A stretch of DNA of 64,000 nt from Octopus bimaculoides (lineage: Eukaryota). The position numbers were made by a program, and so were the translations under genes. Below, one piece after another: positions 13,353 to 26,789 of the stretch; the first letter of the stretch is position 1; the number at the start of each line of letters is the position of its first letter. The notes under the pieces were generated by a model that saw only the letters and a list, made by a program, of their open reading frames with translations, was not told where the DNA came from and did no database searches. The stretch lies in the NCBI RefSeq assembly GCF_001194135.2, contig NC_068985.1, positions 73,519,354 through 73,583,353 on the forward strand, given 5' to 3'.

Positions 13353-13375
13353 GTCTATCTATCTATCTATCTATA
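13297..13375. repeat. (TCTA)n tetranucleotide microsatellite
   Basis: Direct reading. Confidence 0.9.
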
Positions 13376-16300
13376 TGCATATATCTATGTGCGTGTGTGT
13401 GTGTCAGTGTGTGTGTGTATGTGTGTGTGTATGTATATATAATTATTTATTGGAATCAAGGTATTTTAACATTCAGGAGAGAAAACGAATGTCGAGTTCG
13501 GCACATACGTATATATATATATGCCTACATATACATGTGCATGTACACACACATATACACATACATATGATTATAGATATAAATGTGTATAGATATACAT
13601 GTAAATCTTTACCCATGCACACACGCATGCAGTTTAACGATCCAATGCAAGTTCCAGATCTAACGTAAGGAAGATTCTAGGTATGTTTGCATAAAATTAC
13701 AACACAAATGCTGCTTAAATAGGAGGATCAAGTCACATTCTACATATTGTATTTTTTTTTCTCATAACCAAATTTTGAATTTTGATTTTCTCGTGATATA
13801 ATCTGATTATTCAACAATAAAAAAAACGCATCTGAAATAACCATAGTGAACCTGTAACTATTCTGTGATCTTATTATGTATATGTGTGTGTATGCGCGGG
13901 TGTGTGTGTGTGTGTGATTGTGTTTGTCTCCGAGTGTTTCCAAAGATCGGATAGTCTATTGAATTGCACAATTTTAGCGTATCGTACGCTGAATATTTTG
14001 GATGTCATTACTGAGCTGTATTTATCGAAGAGTATGGATTGTGAATTAGAAGACACGAGACCATTTGTCACTTATATCATGGTTGTCGTTGCTTAGACGC
14101 AACTTACATTTTATATAATTTCCATTTATTCATTCCTTCCACAGTAAGAAAGACTACTACTAACAATTCGATCGAAGATTAAGCATTTAACGATTAGAAA
14201 TCTGTTATCCTTTGAAAATCTTTTTCGCTTTTCTGTGAACGGCTATGCCATTAACGATGTAAAGCTGTAATCATTCCTTATCAGTGTGCGGTCGCAAAAT
14301 AGTGCACTTTATAGCAAGGGAGACCTTCCATGCTTTGCTATTTCTAATATCGAACGGATGCTGATACCTCTGTAATGCAACGGATTAACGATAATAAAAT
14401 GATTGAAAATGTTGCAGAGTTTAATATTTCATCGAATATAACTGAAATTTGACAACAAAAGATGAATTTGTCTTGTCTCTCTTTCAGTCTTTCAGTCAAT
14501 CTCTAAATAAAATTTATTTCACTAGATAAAATATATAGAAAGATTATAGGAAATTATATTATGTTCTTAAACGATAGAAAAAATGCTTTTACGACGTTTT
14601 CAACTTTTCCTAATCAGATGCATTTAAAGTATTTATTTGAATCCTCTGTGTATATATAGATAATATACAAATGAGACGATTGCTTAACAAGATCCGAACA
14701 TGATGGTTTCCGTTTAGATAGTTGTCTGGTTTTATATTTATTATTTAATTCCTAGAGATGGGGGATTAAATCTGAAAGCTTGCAGAGCAGTATGTATGCA
14801 AGGAAAATATGTAAAGTGAGTGAATTTAAGAAGATAACAGTTCAGGAAAGAATGAATGGATAAATTGTTTAATATGGTATTTATATTGAATTATTGGAGA
14901 TATTATTACGCATCGACAGAATAGTTGGTGAGACAAACAAGATTCATGGGGAATACAGTTACATCCTTCCTTTCTGATTTAAAATCTTACCATGGTAATT
15001 TTGCTTTTGATTTGAAGCAGGAATTTGTGAGAAAGCCATCTGATGCAGTGTGAAGAACGATGTAGGGAGAGAGAGATACTTACCTTGTATTTCAGGACAA
15101 AACGTGTTGCAGTAAGAGTAAATGATAAGATAGGGTACAGCAGTTAGCTATCATGTGAAAAAGCAGTTACAGAGACTTTTGGTGTATGTTGTAGCTTTAT
15201 CATAGTTGCGTGAAGGACGTGAAAAGGTCATTGAAAAGTGTGAAGTTTACTATCAGGTGTTCCTTTATGTTCACTTAACCGTACAATCTTTGCTATGTAG
15301 AGAGTGTGAAAATAGTGCGTGTTACTTTTTTAGTGAGTTTTGAGGTTATATTATGATATTCTCGTCAAACGAGATTGTGTAGAACAGTTTCTTTTAATGG
15401 ATTCATGAAATATCTTACGTCACAGATTTGGAGCCGTATATCCTCTACACATGTAGATTATATATCACGTTCTCCAAATTATTTGTCCCTAATTCCTAAA
15501 GTGTCTTCACTACCACAGGGAAACTACTAGAATACACAATAAAAAATAATTTCTCTCTCACTGGGGTATTAAATCTTCCATCAAATATACATGTATGCAT
15601 ATATTCCAGAAAAAATCTATTGAATTTAGAGTTACATACCACTTTTTCTTACTATAACATGGGAACATCTTGAGGCTAAGAATGAAAGCAATCGCTTGGC
15701 AGAAAAGTAAAACACATCCTTGCCTAAATGAGCCTGTTTCAATCAATTTCTACTCATCAGTCACTCCATACACTAATCGATGAGAAGTAAAGTGAAATAA
15801 ATGAGTGTGGGGGAGGGAGGTATCGAACAACTTATGGTAAAGTTCACTGTTCTGTTTGTAGGAACAGAAAAAAGAACAAGCACAATCTAAATTCCAGAAA
15901 CTCATCAATTATATCTTCATCCATGGTTCTTAAGCTACTGCAGTGAATAAAAGTAACTTTACATTAGTCGCTGTCATTGAAACACCTGGTCAGCTATCAT
16001 CACACAAAGCACAACGATTACTACCAATGCTAGAAACACATCATGTGTCGCGCGCGCGCGTGGATAGATGCATGCATTTATATATAGATTCTTTTCGTGT
16101 ATGTACATATGTATGCATGATATGTTTTGCGTATGCATGTTTGTGTACTTATTTATACATACTCATATGAATGTGTGTATGCATATATCTGTATGTATGC
16201 TTTTATATGGATGTACCTTTCACACGTCTCTGTGTTCGTATGCACATAATACAATTGTATTACTTATGTGTTTGCATATAGAAATATGATTATTTTCATA

Positions 16301-16656
16301 TTTTAAAGTACATCAGCTCGTGCACAAATGAGTTTCTATTTTATTCATGCTATATCCAGGATATAATGTGTTTGTGATCCAAAGATATATATATCTGTCC
16401 CATTCGTCCTTTTTCTTTACTGACTTCCCATTATTTTTAAGAGTGAATTTCTTTATGTCAATGCGTCCAACAAATGGGTACGTGTAGATATGGTTTTGTG
16501 TTTATATACATATATNNNNNNNNNNNNNNNNNNNNNNNNNNNNNNNNNNNNNNNNNNNNNNNNNNNNNNNNNNNNNNNNTATATATATATATATATATAT
16601 ATATTCTTATATTCTTTTACTTGTTTCAATCATTTGACTGCGGCCATGCAGGAGCA

Positions 16657-16698
<42 letters not shown>

Positions 16699-17287
16699 GT
16701 ATATATACATAAACATTTGTAATATCTATATCATCTTAATCTTTTATTTCCTAGTTGTGATGGAGTCTTGGAGACGTTAGCAGTTTGAGCGCTTCCTGTT
16801 TTTATTCTGTAATAGCAATAAGGAATTTTTCGCACAGAACCAAGTGAAAAAAATCTATGAGGGTAAACTATGAGAGTAAATTCTCTAGTACTCTCTATAC
16901 ATGATTAGTTGCAGGTGGAACTAGAAGTATTTTGATTTGTTTGGGTGGGTCTCCGTTGGAACGTAAATACCATTTTTATTAACATATATACACACATATG
17001 TACGTACAACACTTGAGACCACCAACATCAGACGAGAACGCATTAGAGGACATTTTGAACACGCATTCGTGAACGCTGACTGCTACAATTATGATGGTTC
17101 CTCCAACCCTAAGCAATAAATGGTTTATTTCTTCTGTTATAACTATAAAAGAAAGAAAACTTGTATTTAACGGCTTAGGGTCATTCTGAGAAGATTAGTA
17201 AATATCTCTTATACTACGTGGACTCTTGCACGTAAGATTGTGAATGATATTTTTAACAACACAACGCTACTACCCACACAAGCAGTA

Positions 17288-18024
17288 TGAGGATTGGATA
17301 AAAATTTCATAGGATGACAAAAATACTTTCATGGACTGTGACCAAGTAAGGTCTAGTTTCCAAACAATATACCTTGTGGTCCAGACACTTCTTTCACCGG
17401 TTAGAGTGCATGCATCCCATTGATGAAGAAGCTTTCATATTGTTGGTTAAAAATGTTTTCAACAACCTATATGACGTCATCTTGTCCTGTGTCGTTAGGT
17501 GTCACACCTAATGAGCAAAAAACTTCGTCATGCCAAGTTCGTTGTGCTAAATATACTCAATCCTCTCATAGTATATACTAATAGCACAGCCTATTTGAAT
17601 TATAGTGAATCGCCTGTCATCCATCAGCATGTGGTGAATACAATGTTTACCTCGGTGCTGGTAGTCGTATGACGTCCAGACCTTGGGTCATCTTCAAGAC
17701 TCCCCTATCCCCTTCTAAATCCTGCTGTCCATGTTTGCACTGTTGACAAATCTGGAGGGTCATCTAATGTAACAACCATGTCAGCAAGAATGTCCCTGGT
17801 AGCTGAACCATTTCCTGCAGGTACTTCATAGCATGCCAAATTTTGTGGGTCTCAAAGAGAAGTGGCTACTAATTACTTTTGAAGTCTTCGGACAGTCAGA
17901 TGTCTCTTTACAGGGAAGACATAATGAAGTTAGTAATAAGCTGAGTTGAATAATGCATGCAAGATTTCACAGGTCGAGCATAACTCCTTCATAAACAGCT
18001 TAAGACTTTTTCTGCCCACCCTCG
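17288..18024 (-). mobile_element. Internally deleted mariner (Tc1/mariner) relic
   Basis: Minus-strand translation DILADMVVTLDDPPDLSTVQTWTAGFRRG*GSLEDDPRSGR (helix-turn-helix region), then HNELGMTK, then a jump to C-terminal ESFFINGMHAL. Diverged TIRs TGAGGATTGGATAAAAATTTC and CGAGGGTGGGCAGAAAAAGTC. TA at 17286-17287. Confidence 0.8.
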
Positions 18025-19121
18025 AAATATCACATATCTAAGTTTTAGAAACGATATTAGTGCACGTTTTACCCCACTTGTTCTTGGCATATGAATCAAC
18101 ATATATTACGGGTCTTTGAAAAAGTCTGAAATGACCCTTCTATTGATTATAAATAATGGGTCGAAATTTTCCGAAAATGAAATTATTTGACTTCAAAACA
18201 GATTCGTCATCAAGCATCATTGCTAAAAAAGCAGTAATTGTTATTTCTACTCTCGTGATGTCAATCGATTTTCTTAAAAGACTGACAATCTTCCAAAATC
18301 TGTCAAAAGTGAGATCGAAAATAATGTAAACAAATCAATGTTGCCACCACTAAACTTTACTGTATCTCCATACATAACTGATTCGACAGAGACGACTGTT
18401 AAATATATTTAATTTAAGAACTGGGTGAGACCACAGTTAGTGATAATATTCCACTTTTTGAAAGCTGTTGTTAAACGAGCGGCCATTCCTAACGTGATTA
18501 CAGAAAAAGTCAAGTGTTTTCATGTTCAAAGATATCGATGATATTGCTGCAGAGCATATAAAATCATAAAATGTTAATTACTGAACGATTAATAGCTTCC
18601 TATACACAGCTTCTGTAACTCTTAAAGTGACCTAGGAGAAACTTGCATCACACGAGCTAATCATGTCACAAAATGGAAGTAACCCAGTGAAAAAATAATA
18701 CTTGAAGGAAAAACCAACAATCAACAATGTATGGCAGAAATGAAGCCACACATCACCAATTGTCGTATGCAAAAGATAACAAAACTACGGCGAATCTACA
18801 GGCCAAATTCTTCTGGAAAAGTTAATTACTTTAAAAAGCAATCGCGAAATATTGCTTCAAATTCAATAGAAAAGACGAAAAACATTACCGTTTAGAACAC
18901 ATCTTCTCAGGAAGATCTTGAAACATTAATGATTCTTGTTTGAGATCCGGATCGATAAGAGAGTTTCAACCAGGATGCCTCGAGGCGAAATACGATTAGG
19001 AAAGAAAACTGTATCGACGTCAACAGTAAAACATGCAAAATTAGCCCTGAAACCTTACCCATAGCTGTAGGCAAATAATATAATTCATTAATATGTATAC
19101 AAAAAAAATTTGGAAGACCAG

Positions 19122-19246
19122 ACGCTACTACCCACACAAGCAGTATGAGGATTGGATAAAAATTTCATAGGATGACAAAAATACTTTCATGGACTGTGAC
19201 CAAGTAAGGTCTAGTTTCCAAACAATATACCTTGTGGTCCAGACAC
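19122..19246 (+). repeat. Perfect 125-bp direct repeat of 17264-17388
   Basis: Base-by-base comparison shows identity. Confidence 0.95.
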
Positions 19247-20831
19247 AATATATATCTCTTAGATGAGAATGAAATCACTGAGTTGGTCGAAAAATATTAA
19301 TCCACTGCTTGATTAAATATTATGTAAAAGTTTTATACAAGCTGTCCTAAACAGCTTCCTCACGATCAGTGTGAGTCCAGCAACATAGTGACTGATGAGC
19401 CGACAGTTAGAAAGAAAGATAAATGGAGATGTGGCTAACAACTTTTGGTAAACAAAGATGCGTTGTCCCTATGCAAGACAAAGTCTCTGAAACCTCGTGA
19501 TATTTTGACTAGTTTAAAAAAAAAAATTCAAATCTACTTCTTATTTATGGTTGCCAAAGTTGTTGCATGTGGCAAATGTACATGCTATTACAGTTGCTGC
19601 CACCGGGAGGCTATCGACGACTCAAGTAACAATCCTCACACTTACAACAGAGAGCAAAACAATCATGTCCGATTTTATAAATATTACACAGGGAATATTT
19701 TAAAGAAAAAACTTTTCTCTAATATTTCGGCTTTAAATACGTTATCATTTCTGTTGCAAAAATTCAATGGCAAAATGCTAGGGTTTGTTACTGCTAGACC
19801 TACCAATATCCCCATAATTTCTTTGTCAATGGCTTGAGAATATACGCTAAAACTGCTTCCAATACCAATAATATTGTAGAATTAATGACATTTTTAGCTG
19901 ATACAGGAGTTCACTTTTGTCGATGGCAATGTTCTTATTTGATTGCTGAATGTGTAAAGTGAGTCTCCTTAACACACAACATTTGTATCAACAGTTTCTA
20001 TCTCATAGGGCATGATGAAAATATAAAGCATGAAGGTGTTGTGAGCAAAAATAAAGGGACTCAAGAATATTACGCCATATTTAGAAAAAAATCTAAACAA
20101 TATCCCACAATTAATTTGCAATATCAGTGTTGATACTCATACTTCGGATATTTATAGGTCTATAGAGGAAATCCACTTCATATATATAGAAACCTACAAC
20201 ATTTCCAAATCAGCAAGATAACTTCGGTAAAAACAGTAATATTCTTGTTAAGAATCACGTTTCTAAAATGGAGGTAGTAATTCGAAGGTTTTCTTTGGCC
20301 CAATGGCAGAAAGAGATCCAGTATATATATATAACGCACACATACACAGACACGAACCTGTCACTGTAGTTGCTGATCTCTCACTATGAAATTAACGCAT
20401 ACACACACACAAACTACTCACGTAGAAATCATGGAGTGAAATCTATGTTACGGTTTCTATTCTGAAGGTAGGCAGCGAAAAAACAAAAGAAAAAAAACAA
20501 AACTGATCAACAGATATAAATAGAAAACCAATGAAAGAAATATAATAATGCTATTAAAGTACAACTTACATTTAATTATTACCCTTAGACAGGTCATTTA
20601 TTTGGGAACGGTGGTATGTGTAACATGTGCAAAAGAGCCCGTACCTCCCTTAGGAGGGCACCTGGAGACTCGGGACTGCTTGTATAGTCTTCGGCGTAAA
20701 ATTTTACACAGGAATTAGCTTTTAGTTTTTTTTATATAGATATAGATACTGTTTATATAGATAGCCTTTGTTGCTATAAATGGACAGACAGACACGCACA
20801 CGCACATACAAACACACACACACACGCACGC

Positions 20832-20867
<36 letters not shown>

Positions 20868-21094
20868 GGTCATCTTTAAAATATAGATATATAGTGATTT
20901 TATTCTTGTTTTTGTCACGGGACCGCGGCCATGCTGGTACACCAGTTACAGGACGTAAAAGCAAAACCAGTTGTCAACCGGGTTGGAAGATAAACACATA
21001 CGCAAAGACATGGGACACACACGCACATAGATTGTTATAAATATACATACACATATAAATACACACACACACACACACACACATATGTATATAT

Positions 21095-21260
21095 AGGACG
21101 GGACGCTTCCTCTTTCCCTCTACCAGTTCTACTTACAAAGCTTGGGTTGAACCAAAAGTATTGTAAAAGACCCCTGCTCAAAGTGCACCGCAGTGGAGCT
21201 GAATATAAGACCATGCGGATGGAAAGAAATTGTCTTTATAACATTGTCACACCTGCGCCT
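21095..21260 (-). mobile_element. tRNA-derived SINE, family B (CORE/OR-like), 5' half
   Basis: Diverged AGGCGCAGGTGTG head plus the middle segment shared with 33193-33372 and 45611-45680. Confidence 0.55.
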
Positions 21261-22117
21261 GTATGCACATTTAAAAAACTGCAGTTCAAATTATGACAAA
21301 TACAGGCTTATAAATGAAGGGCTTATCCAGCAACTGAAAGCTTTAATGAGAGAGAGAGAGTAAAATAATCTCCGTTTTCTGAACACTGCATCAGTCAGAC
21401 TCATGGCTAAGCATTAAGGTGTTACTGCTGATACTTACTTACAACAGCACGACCTAGTCCAAATCGAAATGAGACGTCATGAGTAGGGATAAAATGATGA
21501 ACTACAATTTTTGGATACAACATAAAATGTTCCACACTTAAATAAGTTATAAATATCTCGATTAATGAAGGGTTGCCATTATATTTCCAACAGAAAACAA
21601 CTTTACGCCTGGGTGCATCGTTTAGAAATAACCTGAAGGAAATGGTAGCAAATGATGAATACATTTCGATTTTTTTTGTGGTGAAAATACATCTCCTGGG
21701 CGTTCACATTCTCTCCTTGGTTCATATTCAATCAGCAGCCATGAACGTACTTCCCGCTATCTGAAATCGAATTCTGTATGTAAGATATAATCGATGTTTT
21801 CTATTAAGTTATAAACGCAGTAATTCTCTCAGCTAAGAGATATTTCCAACAGTCTTCCTTATACAAAAAAGGATCCATTCAAATGCTGTTAATTTTATGA
21901 AATACTTTTTTATATTGGAAGATAATAAATGATGCATTTCTAGAACCCAATATGTCACACCGTAAGAAACGCAAATTGAACCATGTATGTATGTATGTAT
22001 GTATGTATGTATGTATGTATGTAGTAAGCGTGTGTGTATGTATGTATGTATGTATGCATATAAATATATATATATATACTTATGCATATATATGTATATG
22101 TAAGCATATATGTATGG

Positions 22118-22169
<52 letters not shown>

Positions 22170-22181
<12 letters not shown>

Positions 22182-22400
22182 AGGTGTATCTTTGTGTTTG
22201 TGATTGTCTCCTCATCATCGCTTGCCAACCGCTGTTGATGTGTTTATGTCTTCGTATCTTAGATGTTCGGCAGAAGTGAACGATAGACTAAGTACTGGGA
22301 TTAAAATGTCCTGTGGACGATTTGTTAGAATAAAACCTTTCAAGGCGGTGCTCCACTATGTCCGCAGTCAAATGATTGAAACATGTACAAGAGAAAAAGA
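22170..22400 (+). mobile_element. SINE family B, 3' half
   Basis: GGCGGTGCTCCA..CCGCAGTCAAATGATTGAAACA end shared with 47112-47278, 16611-16658 (-) and 59100-59150 (-). Confidence 0.7.
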
Positions 22401-22403
22401 CAC

Positions 22404-22520
22404 TTGACTGCGGCCATAACGAAGGGTTTTAATTGGACAAATCGACAACAGGACTTTTAAAACCCAGTACTTAATCTATCAGTTACTTTTTCCGAACCTG
22501 TAAGTTGTATATAATATAAG
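22404..22520 (-). mobile_element. SINE family B 3' fragment, inverted relative to the adjacent copy
   Basis: TTGACTGCGG (22404-22413) is the reverse complement of CCGCAGTCAA (22362-22371); similarity continues outward. Confidence 0.6.
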
Positions 22521-22694
22521 AAAGGTTATCTTGTCAGTATTTAAGATAGTGCTCTTGTGGCTAGTGAGACGGTTTGACTTTTAACTTTTGCAATACCGGT
22601 GCCACTTAGTAACCAGTCAATTTAATGATGTCTATAAATCTCTTCGTTAGGTTGTTAGATTGTTAATAAATCACCCATATTATATATGAGTGCG

Positions 22695-22726
<32 letters not shown>

Positions 22727-22742
22727 TGTATGTATGTATGTT

Positions 22743-22776
<34 letters not shown>

Positions 22777-24525
22777 NNNNNNNNNNNNNNNNNNNNNNNN
22801 NNNNNNNNNNNNNNNNNNNNNNNNNNNNNNNNNNNNNNNNNNNNNNNNNNNNNNNNNNNNNNNNNNNNNNNNNNNNNNNNNNTATATAGTAGGTATTCCA
22901 ACAATCTGTAATTCAGTAATCCGGATTATTCTTTCACTTCAACAGAATATTTGGGTTATTGTAAATATAAACCCTTTCGACGTAATCCTGGCCAGGTAAG
23001 AACCATTCACAGCATCCCCAGGTTTCAGTTCATATCCAGGAGATACCTGTGAAGGGCATTATCTAGCCAAGTGTTGTAGATCCCTTGAGTGATATCAGTT
23101 AACTTGTAGAGAAAACTCCAAATTCAATACACATTGAAATTCTATATTTTTTCACTGGAACTCTTATCGATTCATCTCAGCGTGCTAAAAAGATTTGTTT
23201 AGATAATACACAAAATATGTGAAACATATAATCTGTATTATGCAAAATTCTAAATGATGTATAATATTCCTTTGTCAAAATAGAAATCAAAACAAATTAT
23301 AAGAAGTCTATAGTATAGAATATATTTATACATAAGTTCCTTTGCCTTTATTCTTCGTACCAGTTGTCCTTAAAAGTCTTAATAAGATTTACAATTCTTC
23401 TTACAGCCTACCAATTCGTTAAATATACTTTCCTCTTACAAGATTTTATAGTTTCATTGATCTGATCACTATTGCTTGTTCTTTTCTTCTCAGAAGTTTT
23501 CTGTCGTGGTGTTTGTATGCGTGCATGTGGCAGGGTCATTGTGTACATGTTATGTCAATCGTTCACCGGTCATCTATTCTTCTATATGACGCACTGTTCT
23601 TGCATGCGGTAGGTATCATGCAACAACCTCGACCATTCCTTCCACATACTTTTCTTTCACATCGCGGAACGCCCCATGTTATCCATGCTATCCCCCACTA
23701 AGTTAACCCGATATTTCCACATACACCCCTTTACATTATTTCTTTAATTCTTTGAATATCTCACCCACAATGTTTACGCCTAGCATTACAGTATTTACTT
23801 TTGCCCCCACTTCAATTTAAGGAAAATATTCAAAACCTTGGACTCCTTATCTAACCTTTCCGCACAAAACATATTACACTATTTGAACTATTTGCATGAC
23901 TTTTTACGAACGTCGACCATCTATTGTTTTCTAACTTTCATCTTAGAATGAACCTCGAGTCATTTAATGTTTAGTCTCATTTAATCGCAAATCACTACTG
24001 AGGAGTATCCAAGCAATCTCAATGGAAACTTATAACTGCTGGTATTGATTATAGAATTTTTAGTTTGAGTTTTATACAAGGCTTCTTTGATATTTGCCAA
24101 TATAAAACTGTGTAAATAACTTCGAAACTGAAAATGTTGAGACTCTAGAATAAATAATTTCTTCTTAAGTGCATCGCAAGGAGATACTCAGAAAGAATTT
24201 AAAAGTTCTCTTGAAATGTATTACTGTGTTTTACTGTCTCTTAACTATATATTATTGTATACTGGGATGCTATTTGAACTAAGTAAATAAGCAAACACGT
24301 GATTTAATGAATTAAATGCAAAATACGTTTTAAGCATATGTTTGGGAAAACCAGTTTCACAATTGCGAGAAAAAAAATTCAATTGGAACCTTCGAAGTTG
24401 TAGATTGACTGAAACGTAACAATTACAATAATGAACAATTTATATGACTTTAATTTTTATCTTGGAAACAATATCAGTATCGATCTCTTAGTTAAGAGTT
24501 GGTCTTACTAATATTTCGCTATGTT

Positions 24526-24740
24526 AAGTTGGCGGGCTGCCAGAATCGTTAGCACGCCGAGTAAAATGTTTCCCTGCATTTCGTCCGTTTTTACGATCTG
24601 GGTTCAAATTCCGCTTAGGTCGACTCTGCCTTTCATCCCTTCGGGGTCGATAAAGTAGGTACCAGCTGAGCATTGGGGTCGATGTACCGGATTCATCCAC
24701 TTCCCCAAAATTTCAGGCCTTGCGCATATAGTAGATAGGA
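24526..24740 (+). mobile_element. Near full-length tRNA-derived SINE, family A
   Basis: A-box-like CTGCCAGAATCGTTAG, B-box-like GGGTTCAAATTCC, central GCCTTTCATCCCTTCGGGGTCGATAAA. Confidence 0.85.
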
Positions 24741-26789
24741 ATACTTTGCCATGTTCGGAATCATGTAATTAGATAAAACAGTAAAAAGTGAGGTTTGCCA
24801 AATATTTCCATTTCCGTGTAAAAACGCTCTGTTGATTTCTGTGATGCTGATGATTTTGCAGGCTCGAGTATATTAAGAAATAATGAAAGAGCGATGAAGA
24901 CATCTTACTGTTTTAAGATTGTGTTTCTAGCGTATTGTTCTATGAAAGTGTATTAGTTTGTAGATTATTCTTCTTTTGCTTCAGTCAATACAGTATGGAC
25001 ATGTGACATACAAACATATGGTAAGTTGATATGATTAAGAATAGAACTAAGAATACAAAGGACAAGAATAGGCGGTATTCTATCTCGCCATTCTCTACCG
25101 TGCAAATCCGAATATGATTTAACATGGTAATCGTCGTAAAATAGACATTTATACAATAGATCATTGCAATGACATCTTTAAGCAGTTCAAATATCTAATT
25201 CATCAGTATATTTTATATCTAAATATCACTCGCACATTTTAAGCACACTACATAGTATGGGCATTAAGTATTGTTTTAGAATATATGATTCATTTAAGGT
25301 TTTGTTTCGAAATGATTACACGAGTAATTCAACAGACTGTAATATTCTTTGGTTGATTAATTGCATATCATTTATTGTCTTTGATTTCAATGACATTAAG
25401 ATACGTTTTTAGTTATAGACAAGTACCAATGACTAATAGTTTCATATGTTCATATATGCTATCAATCAATGTGTCACTGATACATTTTTATAAAGAGAGT
25501 ATTTCCTCTACTTAATATTGGTGACAAATAGTTAATGTCAATTAATCACTCATTCCCTCACTCAGGCTATTTATCAGAGTATGATTGTTTCGCATAAAGT
25601 TTATTTATATATTCATTTAATAAGAACATTTTATATAAACGTTGCTAGATTACGTGTATCTACAATAAAACCAAAAATTCAGTTAATAAGGTTTATAAAG
25701 TAAAATCAATCTTGAACTTCATCCACTACTAGGTCAATTAGCTTTTGTTGAATATGATTGAATCAATTCCTCGTTACAGAAAGACATAACAAAGTTGACG
25801 ACCAGTATTATCTGTCTATATTTGGTGAAAAATCATTCTAAATCTATAGGAGCGTTACTGACTAATGTTAACTATCTGGTTGAGACTGGTAATAGCTTTT
25901 TGTTTATGTAAATAGGAAATAAACATGTTTAGGATCAGGAAAAGGCATTACTGTTACAAAAGTTTACATTCCCTATTTGTGCTCTGAGGGGTAACAATTC
26001 CCCCAAAATTTATAATTAATAAAGAGAACATAATGGGAAAATTGCTTTCTCCCGAGCCTGTAATACGGGTTCATTTTCTAATTGTATCTATTGCATTTTG
26101 GGAAAACCTAAACATGCTTGTATTCCATTCCTTTCTCTTAGTATAAAGCAATGTAATCCCAGCATACTCATACACACTTATAAACACACACACACGTATA
26201 TCGATAGGTAGGTAGATACATAGATATACAGATGTATACTGATATAAACAAATTTAAATGTGAGCTACGAAAAGTTTCATGAGATTGAACTATAGTGGAA
26301 TCTTTCAAGCTCAAAACACAACATAGATGCTCTCAGAGGAAAAAAAAAAGCTACAAACAAGAAAACAATTAAAGGAAGAGAGGAAACAAAACATAAAAAT
26401 CACAATGGAGATAAAGAAAAGAAATGTGTCCCTTTGGTCCGGTAGGATGGTATTTAACAATGGTAATGGAGACAAGAGTAGGTTTGTTGACGAGCGTTCC
26501 GTCATCTGTAAACATCACCTTTACAGCAGTTGTATTTCCTGAACTCCATCACTTTTGTATATTTACATACCAAGATGTACATAACAGAATAGATTACATG
26601 TACGGCCAAAAGTAATTTCAAATACACAAAGAATATTGCGTGAGAGAAATTACATATAGGGCCTTGTTATCCGTATGTCGAATACACAGGAACACATGTA
26701 TGTAGAATAGCTCAAAGAGATCATTACCCAATTGCCTGTCAAATATCTGTTATTGGAATTTGGTAGACAGCAAGTGTTTTGTTGCCTCT

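Noticed and set aside
19392-19415. CTGATGAG hammerhead core-like word
   Set aside because: No stem II or correctly placed GAAA/NUH
18030-19700. Possible decayed transposase with PIN-like and Cys-rich (CXC) fragments (ORF 19445..19837)
   Set aside because: Resemblance needs several assumed frameshifts and no motif is intact
20620-20685. GC-rich patch tested as an HDV-like ribozyme
   Set aside because: P1 pairs only 4 bp and the P1.1 and J4/2 elements do not fit; more likely a LINE 3' UTR remnant
26400-26560. Minus frame VMFTDDGTLVNKPTLVSITIV resembling a cadherin-domain end
   Set aside because: No usable splice donor or pyrimidine-rich acceptor
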